A stretch of DNA of 64,000 nt from Candidatus Nomurabacteria bacterium (lineage in GTDB: Bacteria; Patescibacteriota; Minisyncoccia; Phycocordibacterales; UBA9973), in assembly GCA_021413905.1 (NCBI GenBank), contig JAIOPO010000001.1, positions 73,159 to 137,158 of the forward strand. The letters run 5' to 3'. This document shows, in pieces, positions 25,243-34,381 of the stretch. Made by a program: the position numbers and the translations under genes. The notes beneath the pieces were generated by a model. It was not told where the DNA came from and ran no database searches. It saw nothing but the letters and a program-made list of their open reading frames with translations. The first letter of the stretch is position 1; every line of letters starts with the position of its first letter.

Positions 25243-26115
25243 TTAACCTAAATAATCTCTGAGTTTTTTACTCCTCGAGATATGACGCAAACGCCGTAAA
25301 GCTTTTTCTTTTATTTGGCGGACACGCTCTCGTGTCAAATTGTACATTTCACCAATTTCTTCTAGAGTCATAGTGTGATCTGTTTCTATGCCAAAATACA
25401 TTCTTATTATTTGAGCTTCACGTTCAGTTAATGTTTTTAAAACATTATTTATTTCATGGCAAAGAGATTCGTCGTTTAATTTTTTATCTGGTGTTGGTGA
25501 AGATGTGTTTTCCAAAAATGATAAAAAATTAGTCTCTTCTGTTTCATTAAATGGAGTGTCGATTGAAAAAGTTTTTATTGAACTGTTTAGAATGTCCTCG
25601 ACATTTTCAGTATTGATACCTGAGTCTTTTAATGCCTCAGCCAATTCCTCAAAAGTCGGCTCTTTTCCTATTTTCTGTTCAAGTTGAGCGTTTACTCTCA
25701 TTACTTTGTTGTATTCTCCAATTCTGTTTGCTGGAAGTCTGACCATTCTACCAGTATCATTTATTGCCGTTATGATACTTTGTCGAATCCACCATAGTGC
25801 ATAAGAAATAAATTTAAAACCACGTGTTTCATCAAAACGTTTTACGGCTTTGATTAATCCTAAATTTCCTTCATTGATTAAATCACCAAGACTGAGTCCT
25901 TTGAATTGGTATTGTTTAGCTACAGTAACAACAAATCTAAGATTTGCTTTTGTAAGCTTTTCTTCTGCGACTTCATCTCCGTCTTTTATTCTTTGAGCTA
26001 GCTCGATTTCTTCATCTGCTGTTAATAAATCAATTTTGCTTATGTCTGCAAGATATTTATCAAGAGATGCTGATTCTTTGCTTGTGATCATTTGGGTAAT
26101 CTTTAACTGTCTCAT
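25243..26115 (-). CDS. RNA polymerase sigma70 factor, Bacteroidota-type RpoD lacking region 1.1
   Basis: MRQLKITQMITSKESASLDKYL, NLRFVVTVAKQY, DLINEGNLGLIKA, FDETRGFKFISYA, LTRERVRQIKEKALRRLRH. Confidence 0.93.
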   Translation of the reverse strand: MRQLKITQMITSKESASLDKYLADISKIDLLTADEEIELAQRIKDGDEVAEEKLTKANLRFVVTVAKQYQFKGLSLGDLINEGNLGLIKAVKRFDETRGFKFISYALWWIRQSIITAINDTGRMVRLPANRIGEYNKVMRVNAQLEQKIGKEPTFEELAEALKDSGINTENVEDILNSSIKTFSIDTPFNETEETNFLSFLENTSSPTPDKKLNDESLCHEINNVLKTLTEREAQIIRMYFGIETDHTMTLEEIGEMYNLTRERVRQIKEKALRRLRHISRSKKLRDYLG

Positions 26116-26208
26116 AACTCTAAATTTAAAATTGTGAAATTTTCAAATTACTAGATAGCAAAAGCTACTCTGTATTAACTCTATATTTTTATATTTTTAA
26201 GTCAAGAA

Positions 26209-27150
26209 TTATTTTGTCTTTAAGGTGACGTATATGTCTTCGAGGGCGCGCACGGCGTCGCCTGTAGCTATGTTGTTTTGGTGGTATAAAATATTAGTAC
26301 AATCACCAGCAGACCAAATCCCCGAAGTTTCGGTTTTTTGTGTCCAGGGGTCAATTTTGACGCGTCCAAGGGCATCTAATGGCACGATATCTTTGATAAA
26401 TTCAGTATTTGGTATTTGTCCTATTTCTACGAATATACCGGTGACTTTGAGTGTGATATTTTTATTTGTCAGAGTGTCTTTGTAGACTATGCCTTCCACG
26501 AATTTATCACCTAAAATTTCTAAAATCTCGGCATTTTTTACAGCTTTTACTTTTGGATTTTGTAAAACTTTTTCAACTGTTATTTCATCTGCGCGAAATT
26601 TATCACTGCGATTTAGTATGGTGACAGAATTGCAGTATGCGAGGAGTTGAGAAGCGCTTTCAAAACCGGCATTGCCTCCGCCTATTACGACGACATCCGC
26701 TCCGTCAAAGAGAGGTCCGTCGCAAGTGGCGCAATATGTGAGACCTTTGTGCTCCAATCTGTCTGCATTTTTTGCTTCCAATTTTCTGCGTTGACTGCCT
26801 GTGGCTATCAATATTGTTTTTGTTTCAAATTCTTCGTTTGTGTCAGTTTTTATTTTAAAAATGTTTTCTTGTTTGATTATAGAATTCACACGAGCGCCTT
26901 CTTTGACTGTGAGTGTGGATTTCGGATCTGTATTTGTGGAATTAGCCAATACATGTTTTTTGAAACTTTGAGCAAGTTCATTTCCTGAAATGGAAACTGT
27001 GCCTATCCAATTGTAAATTTGCTCGGATACGACACTTTGTCCGCCGAATTCAGAAGTTATAAATAGGGTATTGAGTCTTTTACGCGCAGAATAAACAGCC
27101 GCTCCTGCACCAGCCGGACCACCCCCGATAATTATTAAATCATAAATCAT
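26209..27150 (-). CDS. trxB: Thioredoxin-disulfide reductase (TrxB/AhpF-like)
   Basis: GGGPAG, YCATCDG, GGGNAG, AGD. Confidence 0.88.
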   Translation of the reverse strand: MIYDLIIIGGGPAGAGAAVYSARKRLNTLFITSEFGGQSVVSEQIYNWIGTVSISGNELAQSFKKHVLANSTNTDPKSTLTVKEGARVNSIIKQENIFKIKTDTNEEFETKTILIATGSQRRKLEAKNADRLEHKGLTYCATCDGPLFDGADVVVIGGGNAGFESASQLLAYCNSVTILNRSDKFRADEITVEKVLQNPKVKAVKNAEILEILGDKFVEGIVYKDTLTNKNITLKVTGIFVEIGQIPNTEFIKDIVPLDALGRVKIDPWTQKTETSGIWSAGDCTNILYHQNNIATGDAVRALEDIYVTLKTK

Positions 27151-27164
27151 TTAATTATTATACA

Positions 27165-28439
27165 CTATTTTTTTCTGCGTAGAAATGCTGGAACAGCGCT
27201 CCAGTCATCATTATCATCATCGATGATAATGTCTTCAACGATTTCAGGTTTTTTTTCAATTCTTTTTAGAAAATCATTGCTGTTTAGTATGTTTGTATTT
27301 GAATTATTTGTATCTGTTGTGGTGATATTTTTATTTTCTTTATTTTCAACCGGTTTTGTTTGGATTATGTTGTGAATTTCTTTTTTTATTATCGGAGCAT
27401 TTTCTTCTTTTAAAATTGGTTGAGAATTTGCTAAAGGATTAAAAAGACTTTTTCTTGGTATATCAGCAGGGAAGCTAGTAGCGATAACTGTGACTTTGAT
27501 TTCTCCTTTCTTTAATTTTTCATCACGAATAGTTCCAAAAATAACTTTGGCATCTTTGTCGATAGATTCTGTGATTATTTTCGCAGCGTCTTGAATTTCG
27601 TGGATTGTTACATCATCACCACCGGAAATGGCAAACAATACGCCTTTTGCACCTGTGATAGAAACTTCCAATAATGGGGAATTAATAGCAGACAATGCAG
27701 CTTTTTCAGCGCGTCCGTCTCCAGAAGCAGAGCCGATACCCATGAGTGCTGTGCCAGAATCAGACATGATAGCTTTGATATCCGCAAAGTCTACATTGAT
27801 AATACCAGGAGTAGTGATAAGGTCAGAGATACCTTCGACTGCTTGGCGCAATACATTGTCACAAAAAGCAAAAGCATCTTTGAAGTTAGTATTCTTTTCT
27901 GTTATTTGCAAAAGTTTGTCATTTGGGATAACGATAATTGCATCGACTTCTTTTGAAAGTTCATCGAGTCCTTTTTCAGCAATTTTCATTCTGTTTTGTC
28001 CTTCAAAGAAAAATGGTTTTGTAACTACTGCGACAGTGAGTATTCCTTGTTCTTTGGCTGCTCGAGCGATGATCGGAGCTGCGCCTGTGCCTGTACCTCC
28101 ACCCATTCCACAAGCGATAAAAATCATGTCAGAACCTTTTATGACATCTTGGATTTCTGATTTTGTTTCTTCTGCCGCTTTGCGTCCAACTTCAGGATTC
28201 ATTCCTGCACCGAGACCTTTTGTTAGATTTTTTCCAATATGAATTTTCTTTTCTGCTAGAGAATTGTGCAAGTCTTGAGTATCTGTATTCATACAGATAA
28301 ATTCAACTCCTTTAACTTTGTTGGATATCATATGGTTGAGAGCATTCTTTCCGGAACCTCCAACTCCGATGACTTTAATTCTGGCAAATGTTTCTATTTC
28401 TGGGTTTACTTTTGGCATATTCTTTTTCTCTTTTACCAC
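27165..28439 (-). CDS. ftsZ: Cell division protein FtsZ
   Basis: GMGGGTGTG signature; C-terminal VPAFLRR. Confidence 0.98.
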   Translation of the reverse strand: MVKEKKNMPKVNPEIETFARIKVIGVGGSGKNALNHMISNKVKGVEFICMNTDTQDLHNSLAEKKIHIGKNLTKGLGAGMNPEVGRKAAEETKSEIQDVIKGSDMIFIACGMGGGTGTGAAPIIARAAKEQGILTVAVVTKPFFFEGQNRMKIAEKGLDELSKEVDAIIVIPNDKLLQITEKNTNFKDAFAFCDNVLRQAVEGISDLITTPGIINVDFADIKAIMSDSGTALMGIGSASGDGRAEKAALSAINSPLLEVSITGAKGVLFAISGGDDVTIHEIQDAAKIITESIDKDAKVIFGTIRDEKLKKGEIKVTVIATSFPADIPRKSLFNPLANSQPILKEENAPIIKKEIHNIIQTKPVENKENKNITTTDTNNSNTNILNSNDFLKRIEKKPEIVEDIIIDDDNDDWSAVPAFLRRKK

Positions 28440-28581
28440 CGTATCGGGGTATATTACTTTTAATAAAAATTATCTTTTTAAATACTTATTTGTGTATAAG
28501 CTCTATAATAGCAGAAAATAAAAAAAAGCAAAATTTGCCTTTTTTAATAATTGTGTTATAGAAATTTATAAATTTCTAAGA

Positions 28582-29745
28582 TTAAGGCATTAATTGTTTT
28601 AGCATTGTTTTCATTGAGTTTTTTAATTCAAGGAAAAGATTTGCAAATGAACCTTCTGTGTATTTTTTATTATCTTTTGTCGAAATTATTAAACCTAAGG
28701 CAGTAAACCATGCCGGATCTTTTAATTTAGTTTTAATATTTTCAAACATTTCTGTCGAGCCTATTTTGGAAGGTAATTTTAATGTATTTTTTGATAAATC
28801 TTCTAATTTTGGTATTGCTGAACTTGCTCCTATCCAAACTATACCAGCAGGCAATAATTCATTTCTTTTTATTTTCTTTAAATGATTTTCAATTAATTCA
28901 AAAATATCAGAAAGTCTCGCTTCTATTATTTCGTCTAATTTTTTCTTTGAAAATTCAATTGAAGTATTTCCTAATTTTAAATTGTCTGCTTCTTCAATTG
29001 AAATTTTTAATCCTAGAGCTATATCATTTGTTATGTCAGCTCCTCCTAAAGAAAAAGTATGCAAAGATATTAAGTTACCATTTTCAAATACAGACAACGA
29101 TACAGTTTCTGCTCCAATATTTACCAATGCCACACCGACTATTTTTTGTCTTTCTGAAAGAGTTACGTAACTGCTGGAAATAGGGGACGCTATGACGTCT
29201 ACTATTTCTATGCCTGCTGTTGATACTACTTCTATTAAATCTTCAAAATGTCTATTTGAACAAGTTACAAAAATTGATTTTACTTCGAGTTTTGTGCCAC
29301 GCATACCTTCAGGTCTACCCAAGACTTCTTTACCGTCTAGCTTGAAGCCAATAGGAAAAACTTGGATAATTTTTTTATTATCTGTTTTAATATTGTTTTC
29401 ACTGTTATGTAATGCTTTTTCTATATCAAGCGATGTGACTTCACCATCAGCTTTTGAAACAACAGCCATTCCTGAGTTTATTTCTGAACGTAATGTTACA
29501 CCGCCCATAGCCAAAAAAGCACGAGTGATTTTTACACCAGAACTTTTTTCTGCATTTAAAACGGCTTTTTTTAGAGAATTAACCGCATCTATTTTGTTTA
29601 TGATGTAGCCGTGTCGTATACCATTTGTTGTCGATTCACCAATACCAATAACCTTAGGATTTTTTTCTCCTTTTAAGAATTCTCCCACCACGACTCTTGT
29701 CGTTTGAGACCCCAAGTCTATGCCTATTGAAATATTTCTGATCAT
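28582..29745 (-). CDS. ftsA: Cell division protein FtsA
   Basis: GIDLGS, GIRHG, LGGADITNDIA; adjacent to ftsZ. Confidence 0.93.
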   Translation of the reverse strand: MIRNISIGIDLGSQTTRVVVGEFLKGEKNPKVIGIGESTTNGIRHGYIINKIDAVNSLKKAVLNAEKSSGVKITRAFLAMGGVTLRSEINSGMAVVSKADGEVTSLDIEKALHNSENNIKTDNKKIIQVFPIGFKLDGKEVLGRPEGMRGTKLEVKSIFVTCSNRHFEDLIEVVSTAGIEIVDVIASPISSSYVTLSERQKIVGVALVNIGAETVSLSVFENGNLISLHTFSLGGADITNDIALGLKISIEEADNLKLGNTSIEFSKKKLDEIIEARLSDIFELIENHLKKIKRNELLPAGIVWIGASSAIPKLEDLSKNTLKLPSKIGSTEMFENIKTKLKDPAWFTALGLIISTKDNKKYTEGSFANLFLELKNSMKTMLKQLMP

Positions 29746-30106
29746 ATTTTTCTTCCGCTTTATCCATTCTACTACTATGTTGCATTCCTTTCAAATGCAA
29801 CATGCCGTGGATAACTAAATATCCGAGGAAATTTTTATAATTTCTGTCAAAATTTTTAGCTTCTTTTTTTACTACAGCAGGGCAGATGATGAGTTCTCCT
29901 TCTTTTTTGGAATAAGCAAAAGATAAGATATTTGTAGATTTGTCTTTTCCTCTGTATGTCTTGTTGTATTCCTGAGATTTTTTTTCACTGACAAATGCTA
30001 TTGATAAATCATATTTGTCTCCCAGTATATCATTTTTAATCAATTCAAAAGGACAGGATGGTATCCTGCCTTTTGTTGTGTTTGTTATTGAGAAATAATC
30101 AGACAT
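29654..30106 (-). CDS. ybeY: rRNA maturation RNase YbeY
   Basis: YRGKDKSTNILSF, IHGMLHLKGMQH. Confidence 0.92.
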   Translation of the reverse strand: MSDYFSITNTTKGRIPSCPFELIKNDILGDKYDLSIAFVSEKKSQEYNKTYRGKDKSTNILSFAYSKKEGELIICPAVVKKEAKNFDRNYKNFLGYLVIHGMLHLKGMQHSSRMDKAEEKYDQKYFNRHRLGVSNDKSRGGRILKRRKKS

Positions 30107-30340
30107 TTATTTTTTGATTGCTTTACCGAGCTTTTTAAGCTTTTCAATTTCTTTTCTTCTGCCTATTTTCTTTAGAGTTCCTCTTTTAATTTTGATTTTA
30201 GATTCTTTTCTTTCGTTGTAGCGAGCACCTTTTACTTTGTGGATTATGCCTGATTCTTGGATACGACGAGAAAAACGACGCAATACACTTGCATTGTTCT
30301 CGTTCGCGTTCTTTTTAACTTCGATTATTGTATTTGCCAT
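30107..30340 (-). CDS. rpsU: Ribosomal protein bS21-like
   Basis: IEVKKNANENNASVLRRFSRRIQESGI; basic 77 aa. Confidence 0.7.
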   Translation of the reverse strand: MANTIIEVKKNANENNASVLRRFSRRIQESGIIHKVKGARYNERKESKIKIKRGTLKKIGRRKEIEKLKKLGKAIKK

Positions 30341-30438
30341 ATGTATATATAGATTATCATATTTAATTTTTTTCGCAAGCGTTTTATTTATACGTGTATT
30401 TTTTGACTTTAAAATATAAAAAAGTTAATATTAATCTA

Positions 30439-30897
30439 ATGGACTATATAACAGAGGAAAAAAAGAATAGTTTACAGATTGAATTGGAGGATTTGAAAGG
30501 TCCGAAAAGAAAAGAGATTTTGTCTGCATTGCAAGAAGCTAAAGCTTTGGGTGATTTGTCTGAAAATGCTGAATATCATCAAGCCAGAGAAGATCAGGGT
30601 AAACTCGAAGAAAGAATTACAAAAATAGAATATCTTTTAAAAAATTCAAAAGTTATTTCTAAAAAAGAAGGTAGTGATACTGTTCAAATGGGTTCTACTA
30701 TCGTTGTTGAGAAAGAAGGTTCTAAAGATCAGAAGACTTATACTATGGTTGGTTCTGAAGAGGCGGATATGTTGACTGGAAAAATTTCAAATCATTCTCC
30801 TATAGGTGAAGCATTGTGTGGTAAAAAAAAGGGTGATGTTGTTTCTTTTAAAACACCAGGCGGAATGGTAAATTATAAAATTATTAGCATCTCTTAA
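30439..30897 (+). CDS. greA: Transcription elongation factor GreA
   Basis: GDLSENAEY, ISNHSPIGEAL; start reassigned to ATG at 30439. Confidence 0.96.
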   Translation: MDYITEEKKNSLQIELEDLKGPKRKEILSALQEAKALGDLSENAEYHQAREDQGKLEERITKIEYLLKNSKVISKKEGSDTVQMGSTIVVEKEGSKDQKTYTMVGSEEADMLTGKISNHSPIGEALCGKKKGDVVSFKTPGGMVNYKIISIS

Positions 30898-30922
30898 ATT
30901 TTTGAAAATTTAGAAATAAAAT

Positions 30923-32410
30923 ATGTCATCAATAGATGAAATAAGAGGGCAAAGAATTAAAAAGTTAGAACTTCTAAAAGAGAAGGGTATTAATCCATAT
31001 TCAGGTGAATCAAAAAGAGAGCTCAGTTTGATTGAGGCTATTTCCGATTTTGAAAATTTGGAAAAATCTGGTGAACAAAAATGGATTTCCGGACGCATCA
31101 TGTCTATTCGCGGACAAGGAGCGATAATTTTTATTACTTTAAATGATGGCACAGGTCTTTTTCAAGGACTTTTAAAGAAAGACGTGTTGGGTGAAGAAAA
31201 GTTATCATTGTTTAATAACACTGCGGATATCGGTGATTTTGTAGAATTGCAAGGTTTATTTTTTACCACAAAAAGAGGTGAAAAATCTCTGGAAGCTAAA
31301 GATTGGCGTATGCTTACAAAAAGTCTTTTACCTTTACCTGAAAAGTGGCATGGTTTGCAAGATACCGAAGAAAGATACAGAAAACGCTATTTAGAAATAT
31401 TAACAGACAAAGATGTATATGACCGTTTTGTTTTGCGAACCAATATTATAAAAGAAATTAGAAAATTTTTTGATGATTTGGGTTTTCTTGAAATTGAAAC
31501 TCCTATTTTGAAAAATAATGCGGGTGGAGCAATGGCAAAACCTTTTTTGACTCATCATAATGATTTGGATATTGATATGAAGCTTCGTATTTCTTTGGAA
31601 ATAGAACACAAGATGCTTATGACGGCGGGTTTTCCATCTGTTTATGAAATAGGTAAGAATTTCAGAAATGAAGGTTCAGATCCGACACATATTCAAGAAT
31701 TTACTATGATGGAATGGTATAGCGCTTATCATACATTGGAAGAAAATATTTCCTGGACAGAACAACTTTTAAAACATTTGGCGAAAAATGTGGTTAAGAA
31801 AAATATTTTTAATGTTTATGATAAAGATGATAATCTAGCGCAAGTTGATTTTGAATCAGCGTGGGAGAAAAAAACTTTTGCCGAACTTTTGCAAGAATAT
31901 GCGGGTGTAGATATGTTTACAGTATCTATCGATGAATTAAAAACTCAAGCATTGAAATACGGTATTGATAAAAAAGAAATGGAAAAAATGAGTAAAGCAA
32001 ATTTACTAGATTTTGTTTACAAACATACAGCCAGACCAAAACTCATAAATCCGACTTTTGTTATAAATTATCCAGGGGATTTGAAACCTCTCGCTGTGCA
32101 AAATACTGATGGCACAGCTATGGTCGCTCAGCTTATTATCGCTGGAGCGGAAATTACTAATCAATATTTAGAACTTGTAGATCCTTTGAAACAAAGAAGT
32201 TTGTTGGAAATGCAATCCAAAGCAAAAGAAAATGGTGATGAAGAAGCTATGGAAATAGATGAAGATTTCTTGACTGCAATGGAATATGGTATGCCACAAA
32301 TGACTGGTTTTGGTATGGGTATTGATAGAATAGTTGCATTTTTTACAGAACAAAAAAATCTTCGCGAAACAATATTCTTTCCAATAATGCGTCCAAAAAA
32401 TTTAGAATAA
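30923..32410 (+). CDS. lysS: Lysyl-tRNA synthetase (class II)
   Basis: LPEKWHGL, YRKRY, FRNEG, GFGMGIDR. Confidence 0.97.
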   Translation: MSSIDEIRGQRIKKLELLKEKGINPYSGESKRELSLIEAISDFENLEKSGEQKWISGRIMSIRGQGAIIFITLNDGTGLFQGLLKKDVLGEEKLSLFNNTADIGDFVELQGLFFTTKRGEKSLEAKDWRMLTKSLLPLPEKWHGLQDTEERYRKRYLEILTDKDVYDRFVLRTNIIKEIRKFFDDLGFLEIETPILKNNAGGAMAKPFLTHHNDLDIDMKLRISLEIEHKMLMTAGFPSVYEIGKNFRNEGSDPTHIQEFTMMEWYSAYHTLEENISWTEQLLKHLAKNVVKKNIFNVYDKDDNLAQVDFESAWEKKTFAELLQEYAGVDMFTVSIDELKTQALKYGIDKKEMEKMSKANLLDFVYKHTARPKLINPTFVINYPGDLKPLAVQNTDGTAMVAQLIIAGAEITNQYLELVDPLKQRSLLEMQSKAKENGDEEAMEIDEDFLTAMEYGMPQMTGFGMGIDRIVAFFTEQKNLRETIFFPIMRPKNLE

Positions 32411-32570
32411 AAAAAGCGTCTTCAACTACAGAAGACGCTTTGTATTCAAGGATAAGCATTTGGGCGACCAATTATTGGTCATACTTAAGCCTCTATGGGT
32501 AGGCTTGGTACCGTTAGGCCATACTTTACCCTTAGATATTTTTTGCTGAACCTCACAAAGAACATCTGTG
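32410..32570 (-). ncRNA. Candidate structured non-coding RNA
   Basis: ORF-free region with several helices whose wobble pairs are G-U only on the minus strand; ends in a terminator. Confidence 0.5.
32413..32441. terminator. Intrinsic terminator (longer U tract on minus strand)
   Basis: AAAGCGTCTTC-N7-GAAGACGCTTT preceded by an A run. Confidence 0.75.
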
Positions 32571-32606
32571 TTTAAGTATTAAACAATAAAGAAAATATTG
32601 CAAGTT

Positions 32607-32638
32607 AAAACACCAAGTTATCCACAACTTGGTGTTTT
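32607..32638. promoter_or_regulatory. DnaA box within a 13-bp inverted repeat
   Basis: AAAACACCAAGTT-ATCCAC-AACTTGGTGTTTT containing TTATCCACA (32618-32626). Confidence 0.65.
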
Positions 32639-32640
32639 GC

Positions 32641-32690
32641 ATTGTGGGGTAAAGTGGTTTACAATATATATCAAGTGGGAAGAAGTGGGA
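32641..32690 (+). promoter_or_regulatory. MraZ-binding repeats
   Basis: GTGG(G) at 32644, 32654, 32675, 32685, in 10-bp spaced pairs, upstream of mraZ. Confidence 0.8.
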
Positions 32691-32702
32691 AATAATAATT
32701 TT

Positions 32703-33146
32703 ATGCTAATCGGCGAATATATACATACAATAGACGAAAAAAACAGAGTTTCTCTGCCGGTTAAATTTCGAAAAGAAATGGGTAAGAAAATTATTATTAC
32801 TCCAGGGTTGGATAATTGTTTGTTCATTTTCACAACCAAAGAATGGGAAAAAGTTTCAAAGAGACTTTCTGATACTGATTCTGATTTATCTTTTTTGACA
32901 GCTGACAAGAGAAGCTTTAACAGATTTATGTTCGGACGAGCGAGTGATGTGGAAGTGGATTCTATCGGCAGAATTTTGATACCGGATTTTTTGAAAGAGA
33001 GAATTGGTCTGAAAGGCAAAGTGGCATTGGTAGGTGTTCAAGACCGTGTAGAAATCTGGAGCGAAGAGTCTTGGACTAAATACAAACATATTGCTGAAGG
33101 TCAGGCCGATGCATTAGCAGAAAAATTAGGTAGTGAGAAAAAGTAA
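32703..33146 (+). CDS. mraZ: Division/cell wall cluster transcriptional repressor MraZ
   Basis: MLIGEYIHTIDEKNRVSLP, DSIGRILIP, GVQDRVEIW. Confidence 0.96.
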   Translation: MLIGEYIHTIDEKNRVSLPVKFRKEMGKKIIITPGLDNCLFIFTTKEWEKVSKRLSDTDSDLSFLTADKRSFNRFMFGRASDVEVDSIGRILIPDFLKERIGLKGKVALVGVQDRVEIWSEESWTKYKHIAEGQADALAEKLGSEKK

Positions 33147-34021
33147 TGAATAGTATTCATAAGACAGTTCTTTTAAATGAAACAATAGAAGATTTGAATT
33201 TGCCAAAGAAACCAATCGTAATAGATGGCACATTTGGCGGAGGAGGACATAGTGTAGAAATTTGTAAAAGATATCCGGGCGCGACTATCATCGCTTACGA
33301 TATGGATAAAGGGGCATGGGAACGCGCGAAAGATAAATTCTCAAAGCTTGATTGTACTGTAAAGTTTCGAAATGAAAATTTTAGAAATATTAGTGGAGAG
33401 AATATAGACGGTGTGATTTTAGATCTTGGTTTGAGTTCTGATCAGTTAGATAATTCCGGACGAGGATTTTCTTTTATGAAAGATGAGCCTTTGCTCATGA
33501 CTATGAAAGAAAATCCTTCTAGTGATGATGTTACGGCCTATGATGTCGTGAATACATGGGGAGAAGAAAATTTGGCAAATATTATTTATGGTTTTGGTGA
33601 AGAAAGATATTCCAGAAGAATAGCCAAAATGATAGTAGATGCTAGACAAAAGGCAGAAATTAAAAACACTTTTGATTTGGTAAAAATTATCAGTGATGCG
33701 GTACCGGCAGTTTACAGAAGGGGGAAAATACATTTTGCGACGAGGACTTTTCAGGCAATACGTATGGCGGTCAATGACGAACTCGGAGCATTAGAGGAAG
33801 GATTGGAGAAAAGTTTTAAAGTTTTAAAAAAAGGAGGACGTATATCGGTAATATCGTTTCATAGTTTAGAGGACAGAGTTGTAAAAAATTTTTGTAAAAA
33901 AAAGGAAAAAGAAGATTTAGCAAAAATTATAAATAAAAAAATAATCACAGCAAGTATAGAAGAATTAAAAAATAATCCAAGATCACGAAGTGCAAAATTA
34001 AGAATTTTAGAAAAAAAATAA
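33146..34021 (+). CDS. rsmH: 16S rRNA m4C1402 methyltransferase
   Basis: HKTVLL, DGTFGGGGHS, DLGLSS, FHSLEDR, NPRSRSAKLR. Confidence 0.97.
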   Translation: MNSIHKTVLLNETIEDLNLPKKPIVIDGTFGGGGHSVEICKRYPGATIIAYDMDKGAWERAKDKFSKLDCTVKFRNENFRNISGENIDGVILDLGLSSDQLDNSGRGFSFMKDEPLLMTMKENPSSDDVTAYDVVNTWGEENLANIIYGFGEERYSRRIAKMIVDARQKAEIKNTFDLVKIISDAVPAVYRRGKIHFATRTFQAIRMAVNDELGALEEGLEKSFKVLKKGGRISVISFHSLEDRVVKNFCKKKEKEDLAKIINKKIITASIEELKNNPRSRSAKLRILEKK

Positions 34022-34024
34022 AAT

Positions 34025-34381
34025 ATGCAAACAGCAAGTTTAAAAATAAAAAAATATGCAAATAGTATTAATATTGTAAATAACAATATTAATTTAGAAA
34101 AGAAAACTTTAAATATAATGTTGTGGACTTTTGGATTATTGTCCTTGTGTTATTTGATTCTTTTAGCGACTGTTGTTTTTAATATTATTGAAAGGAAAAA
34201 TTTTGAAGCAGAGAGTAGGAATTTAATGAATGATGTGGGTACTTTAGAATTACAATATATGGCTTTATCAAATACAGTAGATATGACATTGGCGACGAGT
34301 ATGGGTTTTCAAGAAACCAAAGCAAAATACGCAACTCTTAAAACTGTTGGTAGTATTAAATTAGCAAAAAATGAATTATAG
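34025..34381 (+). CDS. FtsL-like cell division protein
   Basis: TM helix plus coiled coil between rsmH and PBP. Confidence 0.6.
   Translation: MQTASLKIKKYANSINIVNNNINLEKKTLNIMLWTFGLLSLCYLILLATVVFNIIERKNFEAESRNLMNDVGTLELQYMALSNTVDMTLATSMGFQETKAKYATLKTVGSIKLAKNEL

Noticed and set aside
27628-28242. Long antisense ORFs (e.g. 204 aa opposite ftsZ, and many within the element)
   Set aside because: Shadow frames of well-supported genes, with no independent motifs
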